Below, piece by piece: positions 45,201-57,400 of a DNA stretch of 64,000 nt (its first letter is position 1; each line of letters opens with the position of its first letter). The notes below the pieces were generated by a model. That model did not search any database. It saw nothing but the letters and a program-made list of their open reading frames with translations, and was not told the DNA's origin. The DNA is from Eledone cirrhosa (lineage: Eukaryota), in NCBI GenBank assembly GCA_964016885.1, contig OZ024742.1:184760001-184824000 (forward strand). The letters run 5' to 3'. The translations under genes and the position numbers were made by a program.

Positions 45201-48200
45201 GGGTTAAGTTAAGTTGGGGTTGAGTTAAGTTGGGGTTGAGTTAAGTTGGGGTTGAGTTAAGTTGGGGTTACGTTAAGTTGGGGTTAAGTTAAGTTGGGGT
45301 TAAGTTAAGTTTAGGTTAACTTAAGTTGGGGTTAAGTTAAGTTGGGGTTAAGTTAAGTTGGGGCTAAGTTAAGTTGGGGCTAAGTTAAGTTGGGGCTAAG
45401 TTAAGTTGGGGTTAAGTTAAGGTGGGGTTTAGTTAAGTTGGGGTTGAGTTAAGTTGGGGTTGAATTAAGTTGGGGTTGAGTTAAGTTGGGGTTGAGTTAA
45501 GTTGGGCTTGAGTTAAGTTGGGGTTGAGTTAAGTTGGGCTTATCTTAAGTTGGGGTTAATTTAAGATGGGGTTAAGTTAAGTTGGGGTTAAGTTAATTTG
45601 GGGTTAAGTTAAGTTGGGGTTAAGTTAAGTTGGGGTTATGTTAAGTTGGGGTTAAGTTAAGTTGGGGTTAAGTTAACTTGCTGTTAAGTTAAGTTGGGGC
45701 TCAGTTAAGTTGGGGTTGAGTTAAGTTGGGGTCAAGTTAAGTTGGGACTAAGCTAAGTTGGGGTTAAGTTAAGTTGGGGTTAAGTTAAGTTGGCGCTAAG
45801 TTAAGTGAAGGTTAAGTTAAGTTGGGGTTGAGTTAAGTTGGGGTTAAGTTAAGTTGGGGTTGAGTTAAGTTGGGGTTGAGTTAAGTTGGGGTTGAGTTAA
45901 GTTGGGGTTACGTTAAGTTGGGGTTAAGTTAAGTTGGGGTTAAGTTAAGTTTAGGTTAACTTAAGTTGGGGTTAAGTTAAGTTGGGGTTAAGTTAAGTTG
46001 GGGCTAAGTTAAGTTGGGGCTAAGTTAAGTTGGGGCTAAGTTAAGTTGGGGTTAATTTAAGGTGGGGTTTAGTTAAGTTGGGGTTGAGTTAAGTTGGGGT
46101 TGAGTTAAGTTGGGGTTAAGTTAAGTTGGGGTTAAGTTAAGTTAGGGTTAACTTAAGTTGGGGTTAAGTTAAGTTGGGGTTGAGTTAAGTTGGGGTTTAA
46201 TTAAGTTGGGGTTGAGTTAAGTTGGGGTTGAGTTAAGTTGGGGTTAAGTTAATTTGGGGTTAAGTTAAGTTGGGGTTAAGTTAAGTTGGGGTTATGTTAA
46301 GTTGGGGTTAAGTTAAGTTGAGGTTAACTTAAGTTGGGGTTAAGTTAAGTTGGGGTTAAGTTAAGTTGGGGCTAAGTTAAGTTGGGGCTAAGTTAAGTTG
46401 GGGTTAAGTTAAGTTGGGGTTAAGTTAAGTTGGGGTCAACTTAAGTTGGGGCTAAGTTAAGTTGGGGTTAAGTTAAGTTGCGGCTAAGTTAAGTTGGGGT
46501 TAAGTTAAGTTGGGGTTAAATTAAGTTGGGGTCAACGTAAGTTGGGGTTAAGTTAAGTTGGGGTTAAGTTAATTTGGGGGTAAGTTAAGTTGGGGTTAAG
46601 TTAAGTTGGGGTTAAGTTAAGTTGGGGTTAAGTTAAGTTGGGGCTGAGTTAAGTTGGGGCTGTGTTAAGTTGGGGTTAAGTTAAGTTGGGGTTAAGTTAA
46701 GTTGGGGTTAAGTTGGGGTTAAATTAAGTTGGGTTTAGGTTAAGTTGGGGTTGAGTTAAGTTGGGGTTAAGTTAAGTTGGGGTTAATTTAAGTTGGGGTT
46801 AAGTTAAGTTGGGGCTGAGTTAAGTTGGGGTTAAATTAAGTTGGGGTTGAGTTAAGTTGGGGTTAAGTTAAGTTGGGGTTAAGTTAAGTCGGGGTTAAGT
46901 TAAGTTGGGGTTAAGTTAAGTTGGGGTTAAGTTAAGTTGGGGTTAAGTTAAGTTGGGGTTGAGTTAAGTTGGGGTTGAGTTAATTTGGGGTTAAGTTAAG
47001 TTGGGGTTAACTTAAGTTGGGGTTCAGTTAAGTTGGCGTTCAGTTAAGTTGCGGTGAAGTTAAGTTGGGGTTAACTTAAGTCGGGGTTAAGTTAAGTTGG
47101 GGTTAAGTTAAGTTGGGGTCAAGTTAAGTTAGGGTTAAGTTAAGTTGGGGTTATGTTAAGTTGGGGTTAAGTTAAGTTGGGGTTAAGTTAAGTCGGGTTT
47201 AAGTTAAGTTGGGGTTAAGTTAAGTTGGGGTTAAGTTAAGTTGGGGTCAAGTTAAGTTGGGGTTAAGTTAAGTTGGGGTTAAGTTAAGATGGGGTTAAGT
47301 TAAGTTGGGGTTAAGTTAAGTTGGGGTTAAGATAAGTTGGGGTTAAGTTAAGTTGGGGTTGAGTTAAGTTGGGGTTGAGTTAATTGGGGTTAAGTTAAGT
47401 TGGGGTTAACTTAAGTTGGGTTTAAGTTAAGTTGGGGTTAAGTTAAGTTGGGGTTAAATTAAGTTGGGGTTAAGATAAGTTGGGGTTAAGTTAAGTCGGG
47501 GTTAAGTTAAGTCGGGGTTAAGTTAAGTTGGGGTTAAGTTAACTTGGTGTTAAGTTAAGTTGGGGCTCAGTTAAGTTGGGGTTGAGTTAAGTTGGGGTCA
47601 AGTTAAGTTGGGACTAAGCTAAGTTGGGGTTAAGTTAAGTTGGGGTTAAGTTAAGTTGGCGCTAAGTTAAGTGAAGGTTAAGTTAAGTTGGGGTTGAGTT
47701 AAGTTGGGGTTAATTTAAGTTGGGGTTGAGTTAAGTTGGGGTTGAGTTAAGTTGGGGTTGAGTTAAGTTGGGGTTACGTTAAGTTGGGGTTAAGTTAAGT
47801 TGGGGTTAAGTTAAGTTTAGGTTAACTTAAGTTGGGGTTAAGTTAAGTTGGGGTTAAGTTAAGTTGGGGCTAAGTTAAGTTGGGGCTAAGTTAAGTTGGG
47901 GCTAAGTTAAGTTGGGGATAAGTTAAGGTGGGGTTTAGTTAAGTTGGGGTTGAGTTAAGTTGGGGTTGAGTTAAGTTGGGGTTAAGTTAAGTTGGGGTTA
48001 AGTTAAGTTAGGGTTAACTTAAGTTGGGGTTAAGTTAAGTTGGGGTTGAGTTAAGTTGGGGTTTAATTAAGTTGGGGTTGAATTAAGTTGGGGTTGAGTT
48101 AAGTTGGGCTTGAGTTAAGTTGGGGTTGAGTTAAGTTGGGCTTATCTTAAGTTGGGGTTAATTTAAGATGGGGTTAAGTTAAGTTGGGGTTAAGTTAATT

Positions 48201-51200
48201 TGGGGTTAAGTTAAGTTGGGGTTAAGTTAAGTTGGGGTTATGTTAAGTTGGGGTTAAGTTAAGTTGAGGTTAACTTAAGTTGGGGTTAAGTTAAGTTGGG
48301 GTTAAGTTAAGTTGGGGCTAAGTTAAGTTGGGGCTAAGTTAAGATGGGGTTAAGTTAAGTTGTGGTTAAGTTAAGTTGGGGTTAAGATAAGTTGGGGTTA
48401 AGTTAAGTTGCGGTTGAGTTAAGTTGGGGTTGAGTTAATTGGGGTTAAGTTAAGTTGGGGTTAACTTAAGTTGGGTTTAAGTTAAGTTGGGGTTAAGTTA
48501 AGTTGGGGTTAAATTAAGTTGGGGTTATGATAAGTTGGGGTTAAGTTAAGTCGGGGTTAAGTTATGTCGGGGTTAAGTTAAGTTGGGGTTAAGTTAACTT
48601 GGTGTTAAGTTAAGTTGGGGTTCAGTTAAGTTGGGGTTGAGTTAAGTTGGGGGTCAAGTTAAGTTGGGGTTAAGCTAAGTTGGGGTTAAGTTAAGTTGGG
48701 GTTAATTTAAGTTTTGGTTAAGTTAAGTTGGGGCTGAGTTAAGTTGGGGTCAAGTTAAGTTGGGGTTGAGTTAAGAAGGGGTTAAGTTAACTTGGGGTTA
48801 AGTTAACTTGGGGTTAAGTTAAGTTGGGGTTAAGTTAAGTTGGGGTTAAGTTAAGTTGGGGTTAAGTTAAGTTGGGGTTAAGATAAGTTGGGGTTAAGTT
48901 AAGTTGGGGTTGAGTTAAGTTGGGGTTGAGTTAATTTGGGGTTAAGTTAAGTTGGGGTTAACTTAAGTTGGGGTTCAGTTAAGTTGGCGTTCAGTTAAGT
49001 TGCGGTGAAGTTAAGTTGGGGTTAACTTAAGTCGGGGTTAAGTTAAGTTGGGGTTAAGTTAAGTTGGGGTCAAGTTAAGTTGGGGTTAAGTTAAGTTGGG
49101 GTTATGTTAAGTTGGGGTTAAGTTAAGTTGGGGTTAAGTTAAGTCGGGGTTAAGTTAAGTTGGGGTTAAGTTAAGTTGGGGTTAAGTTAAGTTGGGGTCA
49201 AGTTAAGTTGGGGTTAAGTTAAGTTGGGGTTAAGTTAAGTCGCGGTTAAGTTAAGTTGGGGTTAAGTTAAGATGGGGTTAAGTTAAGTTGGGGTTAAGTT
49301 AAGTTGGGGTTAAGATAAGTTGGGGTTAAGTTAAGTTGGGGTTGAGTTAAGTTGGGGTTGAGTTAATTGGGGTTAAGTTAAGTTGGGGTTAACTTAAGTT
49401 GGGTTTAAGTTAAGTTGGCGTTAAGTTAAGTTGGGGTTAAATTAAGTTGGGGTTAAGATAAGTTGGGGTTAAGTTAAGTCGGTGTTAAGTTAAGTCGGGG
49501 TTAAGTTAAGTTCGGGTTAAGTTAACTTGCTGTTAAGTTAAGTTGGGGCTCAGTTACGTTGGGGTTGAGTTAAGTTGGGGTCAAGTTAAGTTGGGACTAA
49601 GCTAAGTTGGGGTTAAGTTAAGTTGGGGTTAAGTTAAGTTGGCGCTAAGTTAAGTGAAGGTTAAGTTAAGTTGGGGTTGAGTTAAGTTGGGGTTAAGTTA
49701 AGTTGGGGTTGAGTTAAGTTGGGGTTGAGTTAAGTTGGGGTTGAGTTAAGTTGGGGTTACGTTAAGTTGGGGTTAAGTTAAGTTGGGGTTAAGTTAAGTT
49801 TAGGTTAACTTAAGTTGGGGTTAAGTTAAGTTGGGGTTAAGTTAAGTTGGGACTAAGTTAAGTTGGGGCTAAGTTAAGTTGGAGCTAAGTTAAGTTGGGG
49901 TTAAATTAAGGTGGGGTTTAGTTAAGTTGGGGTTGAATTAAGTTGGGGTTGAGTTAAGTTGGGGTTAAGTTAAGTTGGGGTTAAGTTAAGTTAGGGTTAA
50001 CTTAAGTTGGGGTTAAGTTAAGTTGGGGTTGAGTTAAGTTGGGGTTTAATTAAGTTGGGGTTGAGTTAAGTTGGGGTTGAGTTAAGTTGGGCTTGAGTTA
50101 AGTTGGGGTGGAGTTAAGTTGGGCTTATCTTAAGTTGGGGTTAATTTAAGATGGGGTTAATTTAAGTTGGGGTTAAGTTAATTTGGGGTTATGTTAAGTT
50201 GGGGCTAAGTTAAGTTGGGGCTAAGTTAAGTTGGGGTTAAGTTAAGTTGGGGTTAAGTTAAGTTGGGGTCAACTTAAGTTGGGGCTAAGTTAAGTTGGGG
50301 TTAAGTTAAGTTGCGGCTAAGTTAAGTTGGGGTTAAGTTAAGTTGGGGTTAAATTAAGTTGGGGTCAACGTAAGTTGGGGTTAAGTTAAGTTGGGGTTAA
50401 GTTAATTTGGGGGTAAGTTAAGTTGGGGTTAAGTTAAGTTGGGGTTAAGTTAAGTTGGGGTTAAGTTAAGTTGGGGCTGAGTTAAGTTGGGGCTGTGTTA
50501 AGTTGGGGTTAAGTTAAGTTGGGGTTAAGTTAAGTTGGGGTTAAGTTGGGGTTAAATTAAGTTGGGGTTAATTTAAGTTGGGGTTAAGTTAAGTTGGGTT
50601 TAGGTTAAGTTGGGGTTGAGTTAAGTTGGGGTTAAGTTAAGTTGGGGTTAATTTAAGTTGGGGTTAAGTTAAGTTGGGGCTGAGTTAAGTTGGGGTTAAG
50701 TTAAATTGGGGTTGAGTTAAGTTGGGGTTAAGTTAAGTTGGGGTTAAGTTAAGTCGGGGTTAAGTTAAGTTGGGGTTAAGTTAAGTTGGGGTTAAGTTAA
50801 GTTGGGGTTAAGTTAAGTTGGGGTTAAGTTAAGTTGGGGTTAAGATAAGTTGGGGTTAAGTTAAGTTGGGGTTGAGTTAAGTTGGGGTTGAGTTAATTTG
50901 GGGTTAAGTTAAGTTGGGGTTAACTTAAGTTGGGGTTCAGTTAAGTTGGCGTTCAGTTAAGTTGCGGTGAAGTTAAGTTGGGGTTAACTTAAGTCGGGGT
51001 TAAGTTAAGTTGGGGTTAAGTTAAGTTGGGGTCAAGTTAAGTTGGGGTTAAGTTAAGTTGGGGTTATGTTAAGTTGGGGTTAAGTTAAGTTGGGGTTAAG
51101 TTAAGTCGGGGTTAAGTTAAGTTGGGGTTAAGTTAAGTTGGGGTTAAGTTAAGTTGGGGTCAAGTTAAGTTGGGGTTAAGTTAAGTTGGGGTTAAGTTAA

Positions 51201-54200
51201 GTCGCGGTTAAGTTAAGTTGGGGTTAAGTTAAGATGGGGTTAAGTTAAGTTGGGGTTAAGTTAAGTTGGGGTTAAGATAAGTTGGGGTTAAGTTAATTTG
51301 GGGTTGAGTTAAGTTGGGGTTGAGTTAATTGGGGTTAAGTTAAGTTGGGGTTGAGTTAAGTTGGGGTTGAGTTAAGTTGGGGTTGAGTTAAGTTGGGGTT
51401 ACGTTAAGTTGGGGTTAAGTTAAGTTGGGGTTAAGTTAAGTTTAGGTTAACTTAAGTTGGGGTTAAGTTAAGTTGGGGTTAAGTTAAGTTGGGGCTAAGT
51501 TAAGTTGGGGCTAAGTTAAGTTGGGGCTAAGTTAAGTTGGGGTTAAGTTAAGGTGGGGTTTAGTTAAGTTGGGGTTGAGTTAAGTTGGGGTTGAATTAAG
51601 TTGGGGTTGAGTTAAGTTGGGGTTGAGTTAAGTTGGGCTTGAGTTAAGTTGGGGTTGAGTTAAGTTGGGCTTATCTTAAGTTGGGGTTAATTTAAGATGG
51701 GGTTAAGTTAAGTTGGGGTTAAGTTAATTTGGGGTTAAGTTAAGTTGGGGTTAAGTTAAGTTGGGGTTATGTTAAGTTGGGGTTAAGTTAAGTTGGGGTT
51801 AAGTTAACTTGCTGTTAAGTTAAGTTGGGGCTCAGTTAAGTTGGGGTTGAGTTAAGTTGGGGTCAAGTTAAGTTGGGACTAAGCTAAGTTGGGGTTAAGT
51901 TAAGTTGGGGTTAAGTTAAGTTGGCGCTAAGTTAAGTGAAGGTTAAGTTAAGTTGGGGTTGAGTTAAGTTGGGGTTAAGTTAAGTTGGGGTTGAGTTAAG
52001 TTGGGGTTGAGTTAAGTTGGGGTTGAGTTAAGTTGGGGTTACGTTAAGTTGGGGTTAAGTTAAGTTGGGGTTAAGTTAAGTTTAGGTTAACTTAAGTTGG
52101 GGTTAAGTTAAGTTGGGGTTAAGTTAAGTTGGGGCTAAGTTAAGTTGGGGCTAAGTTAAGTTGGGGCTAAGTTAAGTTGGGGTTAATTTAAGGTGGGGTT
52201 TAGTTAAGTTGGGGTTGAGTTAAGTTGGGGTTGAGTTAAGTTGGGGTTAAGTTAAGTTGGGGTTAAGTTAAGTTAGGGTTAACTTAAGTTGGGGTTAAGT
52301 TAAGTTGGGGTTGAGTTAAGTTGGGGTTTAATTAAGTTGGGGTTGAGTTAAGTTGGGGTTGAGTTAAGTTGGGGTTAAGTTAATTTGGGGTTAAGTTAAG
52401 TTGGGGTTAAGTTAAGTTGGGGTTATGTTAAGTTGGGGTTAAGTTAAGTTGAGGTTAACTTAAGTTGGGGTTAAGTTAAGTTGGGGTTAAGTTAAGTTGG
52501 GGCTAAGTTAAGTTGGGGCTAAGTTAAGTTGGGGTTAAGTTAAGTTGGGGTTAAGTTAAGTTGGGGTCAACTTAAGTTGGGGCTAAGTTAAGTTGGGGTT
52601 AAGTTAAGTTGCGGCTAAGTTAAGTTGGGGTTAAGTTAAGTTGGGGTTAAATTAAGTTGGGGTCAACGTAAGTTGGGGTTAAGTTAAGTTGGGGTTAAGT
52701 TAATTTGGGGGTAAGTTAAGTTGGGGTTAAGTTAAGTTGGGGTTAAGTTAAGTTGGGGTTAAGTTAAGTTGGGGCTGAGTTAAGTTGGGGCTGTGTTAAG
52801 TTGGGGTTAAGTTAAGTTGGGGTTAAGTTAAGTTGGGGTTAAGTTGGGGTTAAATTAAGTTGGGTTTAGGTTAAGTTGGGGTTGAGTTAAGTTGGGGTTA
52901 AGTTAAGTTGGGGTTAATTTAAGTTGGGGTTAAGTTAAGTTGGGGCTGAGTTAAGTTGGGGTTAAATTAAGTTGGGGTTGAGTTAAGTTGGGGTTAAGTT
53001 AAGTTGGGGTTAAGTTAAGTCGGGGTTAAGTTAAGTTGGGGTTAAGTTAAGTTGGGGTTAAGTTAAGTTGGGGTTAAGTTAAGTTGGGGTTGAGTTAAGT
53101 TGGGGTTGAGTTAATTTGGGGTTAAGTTAAGTTGGGGTTAACTTAAGTTGGGGTTCAGTTAAGTTGGCGTTCAGTTAAGTTGCGGTGAAGTTAAGTTGGG
53201 GTTAACTTAAGTCGGGGTTAAGTTAAGTTGGGGTTAAGTTAAGTTGGGGTCAAGTTAAGTTGGGGTTAAGTTAAGTTGGGGTTATGTTAAGTTGGGGTTA
53301 AGTTAAGTTGGGGTTAAGTTAAGTCGGGTTTAAGTTAAGTTGGGGTTAAGTTAAGTTGGGGTTAAGTTAAGTTGGGGTCAAGTTAAGTTGGGGTTAAGTT
53401 AAGTTGGGGTTAAGTTAAGATGGGGTTAAGTTAAGTTGGGGTTAAGTTAAGTTGGGGTTAAGATAAGTTGGGGTTAAGTTAAGTTGGGGTTGAGTTAAGT
53501 TGGGGTTGAGTTAATTGGGGTTAAGTTAAGTTGGGGTTAACTTAAGTTGGGTTTAAGTTAAGTTGGGGTTAAGTTAAGTTGGGGTTAAATTAAGTTGGGG
53601 TTAAGATAAGTTGGGGTTAAGTTAAGTCGGGGTTAAGTTAAGTCGGGGTTAAGTTAAGTTGGGGTTAAGTTAACTTGGTGTTAAGTTAAGTTGGGGCTCA
53701 GTTAAGTTGGGGTTGAGTTAAGTTGGGGTCAAGTTAAGTTGGGACTAAGCTAAGTTGGGGTTAAGTTAAGTTGGGGTTAAGTTAAGTTGGCGCTAAGTTA
53801 AGTGAAGGTTAAGTTAAGTTGGGGTTGAGTTAAGTTGGGGTTAATTTAAGTTGGGGTTGAGTTAAGTTGGGGTTGAGTTAAGTTGGGGTTGAGTTAAGTT
53901 GGGGTTACGTTAAGTTGGGGTTAAGTTAAGTTGGGGTTAAGTTAAGTTTAGGTTAACTTAAGTTGGGGTTAAGTTAAGTTGGGGTTAAGTTAAGTTGGGG
54001 CTAAGTTAAGTTGGGGCTAAGTTAAGTTGGGGCTAAGTTAAGTTGGGGATAAGTTAAGGTGGGGTTTAGTTAAGTTGGGGTTGAGTTAAGTTGGGGTTGA
54101 GTTAAGTTGGGGTTAAGTTAAGTTGGGGTTAAGTTAAGTTAGGGTTAACTTAAGTTGGGGTTAAGTTAAGTTGGGGTTGAGTTAAGTTGGGGTTTAATTA

Positions 54201-54470
54201 AGTTGGGGTTGAATTAAGTTGGGGTTGAGTTAAGTTGGGCTTGAGTTAAGTTGGGGTTGAGTTAAGTTGGGCTTATCTTAAGTTGGGGTTAATTTAAGAT
54301 GGGGTTAAGTTAAGTTGGGGTTAAGTTAATTTGGGGTTAAGTTAAGTTGGGGTTAAGTTAAGTTGGGGTTATGTTAAGTTGGGGTTAAGTTAAGTTGAGG
54401 TTAACTTAAGTTGGGGTTAAGTTAAGTTGGGGTTAAGTTAAGTTGGGGCTAAGTTAAGTTGGGGCTAAGT
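42225..54470 (+). repeat. Near-perfect tandem duplication of a ~6.13-kb satellite higher-order block (junction ~48340)
   Basis: Markers recur at a constant offset: GGGCTTATCTTAAG at 43993/50124, 45539/51670 and 48141/54272 (6131 each). The private AAGAAGGGG recurs at 42658/48773 (6115, one monomer less). Confidence 0.9.
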
Positions 54471-57400
54471 TAAGTTGGGGTTAAGTTAAGTTGGGGTTAA
54501 GTTAAGTTGGGGTCAACGTAAGTTGGGGTTAAGTTAAGTTGGGGTTAAGTTAATTTGGGGGTAAGTTAAGTTGGGGTTAATTTAAGTTGGGGTTAAGTTA
54601 AGTTGGGGTTAAGTTAAGTTGGGGCTGAGTTAAGTTGGGGCTGTGTTAAGTTGGGGTTAAGTTAAGTTGAGGTTAAGTTGGGGTTAAATTAAGTTGGGGT
54701 TAATTTAAGTTGGGGTTAAGTTAAGTTGGGTTTAGGTTAAGTTGGGGTTGAGTTAAGTTGGGGTTAAGTTAAGTTGGGGTTAATTTAAGTTGGGGTTAAG
54801 TTAAGTTGGGGCTGAGTTAAGTTGGGGTTAAGTTAAGTTGGGGTTGAGTTAAGTTGGGGTTAAGTTAAGTTGGGGTTAAGTTAAGTCGGGGTTAAGTTAA
54901 GTTGGGGTTAAGTTAAGTTGGGGTTAAGTTAAGTTGGGTTTAAGATAAGTTGGGGTTAAGTTAAGTTGGGGTTGAGTTAAGTTGGGGTTGAGTTAATTTG
55001 GGGTTAAGTTAAGTTGGGGTTAACTTAAGTTGGGGTTCAGTTAAGTTGGCGTTCAGTTAAGTTGCGGTGAAGTTAAGTTGGGGTTAACTTAAGTCGGGGT
55101 TAAGTTAAGTTGGGGTCAAGTTAAGTTGGGGTTAAGTTAAGTTGGGGTTATGTTAAGTTGGGGTTAAGTTAAGTTGGGGTTAAGTTAAGTCGGGGTTAAG
55201 TTAAGTTGGGGTTAAGTTAATTGGGGTTAAGTTAAGTTGGGGACAAGTTAAGTTGGGGTTAAGTTAAGTTAGGGTTAAGTTAAGCTTGGGTTAAATTAAG
55301 TTGGGGTTGAGTTAATTTGGGGTTGAGTTAAGTTGGGGTTGAGTTAAGTTGGGGTTAAGTTAAGTTGGGGTTAACTTAAGTTGGGGTTAAGTTAAGTTGG
55401 GGTCAATTTAAGTTGAGGTTAAGTTAACTTGGGATTAAGTTAAGTTGGGGTTAACTTAAATTGGGGGTAAGTTAAGTTGGGGGTAAGTTAAGTTTGGGTT
55501 AAGTTGGGGTTAAGTTAAGTTAGGGTTAAGTTACGTTGGGGTTGAGTTAAGTTGGGGTTAAGTTAAGTTGGGGTTAAATTAAGCTGGGTTGAAGTTAAGT
55601 TGGGGTTAAGTTAAGTTGGGGTTAAGTTAAGTTGGGGTTGAGTTAAGTTGGGGTTAAGTTAAGTTGGGTTTAAGTTAAGTTGGGGTTAAGTTAAGTTGGG
55701 GTTAAGTTAAGGTGGGGTTAAGTTAAGTTGGGGTTAAGTTAAGTCGGGGTTAAGTTAAGTTGGGGTTAAGTTAAGTTGGGGTTAAATTAAGTTGGGGTTA
55801 AGTTAAGTTGGGGTTAAGATAAGTTGGGGTTAAGTTAAGTTGGGGTTGAGTTAAGTTGGGGTTGAGTTAATTTGGGGTTAAGTTAAGTTGGGGTTAACTT
55901 AAGTTGGGGTTAAGTTAAGTTGGCGTTCAGTTAAGTTGCGGTTAAGTTAAGTTGGGGTTAACTTAAGTCGGGGTTAAGTTAAGTTGGGGTTAAGTTAAGT
56001 TGGGGTCAAGTTAAGTTGGGGTTAAGTTAAGTTGGGGTTAAGTTAAGTTGGGGTTAAGTTAAGTCGGGGTTAAGTTAAGTTGGGGTTAAGTTAAGTTGGG
56101 GTTAAGTTAAGTTGGGGTCAAGTTAAGTTGGGGTTAAGTTAAGTTGGGGTTAAGTTAAGTTGGGGTTAAGTTAAGTCGCGGTTAGTTAAGTTGGGGTTAA
56201 GTTAAGATGGGGTTAAGTTAAGTTGTGGTTAAGTTAAGTTGGGGTTAAGATAAGTTGGGGTTAAGTTAAGTTGCGGTTGAGTTAAGTTAGGGTTGAGTTA
56301 ATTGGGGTTAAGTTAAGTTGGGGCTAAGTTAAGTTGGGGCTAAGTTAAGTTGGGGCTAAGTTAAGTTGGGGTTAAGTTAAGGTGGGGTTTAGTTAAGTTG
56401 GGGTTGAGTTAAGTTGGGGTTGAGTTAAGTTGGGGTTAAGTTAAGTTGGGGTTAAGTTAAGTTAGGGTTAACTTAATTGGGGTTAAGTTAAGTTTAGGTT
56501 AACTTAAGTTGGGGTTAAGTTAAGTTGGGGTTAAGTTAAGTTGGGGCTAAGTTAAGTTGGGGCTAAGTTAAGTTGGGGCTAAGTTAAGTTGGGGTTAAGT
56601 TAAGGTGGGGTTTAGTTAAGTTGGGGTTGAGTTAAGTTGGGGTTGAGTTAAGTTAGGGTTAAGTTAAGTTGGGGTTAAGTTAAGTTAGGGTTAACTTAAG
56701 TTGGGGTTAAGTTAAGTTGGGGTTGAGTTAAGTTGGGGTTTAATTAAGTTGGGGTTGAGTTAAGTTGGGGTTGAGTTAAGTTGGGCTTGAGTTAAGTTGG
56801 GGTTGAGTTAAGTTGGGCTTATCTTAAGTTGGGGTTAATTTAAGATGGGGTTAAGTTAAGTTGGGGTTAAGTTAATTTGGGGTTAAGTTAAGTTGGGGTT
56901 AAGTTAAGTTGGGGTTATGTTAAGTTGGGGTTAAGTTAAGTTGAGGTTAACTTAAGTTGGGGTTAAGTTAAGTTGGGGTTAAGTTAAGTTGGGGCTAAGT
57001 TAAGTTGGGGCTAAGTTAAGTTGGGGTTAAGTTAAGTTGGGGTTAAGTTAAGTTGGGGTCAACTTAAGTTGGGGCTAAATTAAGTTGGGGTTAAGTTAAG
57101 TTGGGGCTAAGTTAAGTTGGAGTTAAGTTAAGTTGGGGTTAAATTAAGTTGGGGTCAACGTAAGTTGGGGTTAAGTTAAGTTGGGGTTAAGTTAATTTGG
57201 GGGTAAGTTAAGTTGGGGTTAAGTTAAGTTGGGGTTAAGTTAAGTTGGGGTTAAGTTAAGTTGGGGCTGAGTTAAATTGGGGCTGTGTTAAGTTGGGGTT
57301 AAGTTAAGTTGGGGTTAAGTTAAGTTGGGGTTAAGTTAAGTTGGGGTTAAGTTGGGGTTAAATTAAGTTGGGGTTAATTTAAGTTGGGGTTAAGTTAAGT

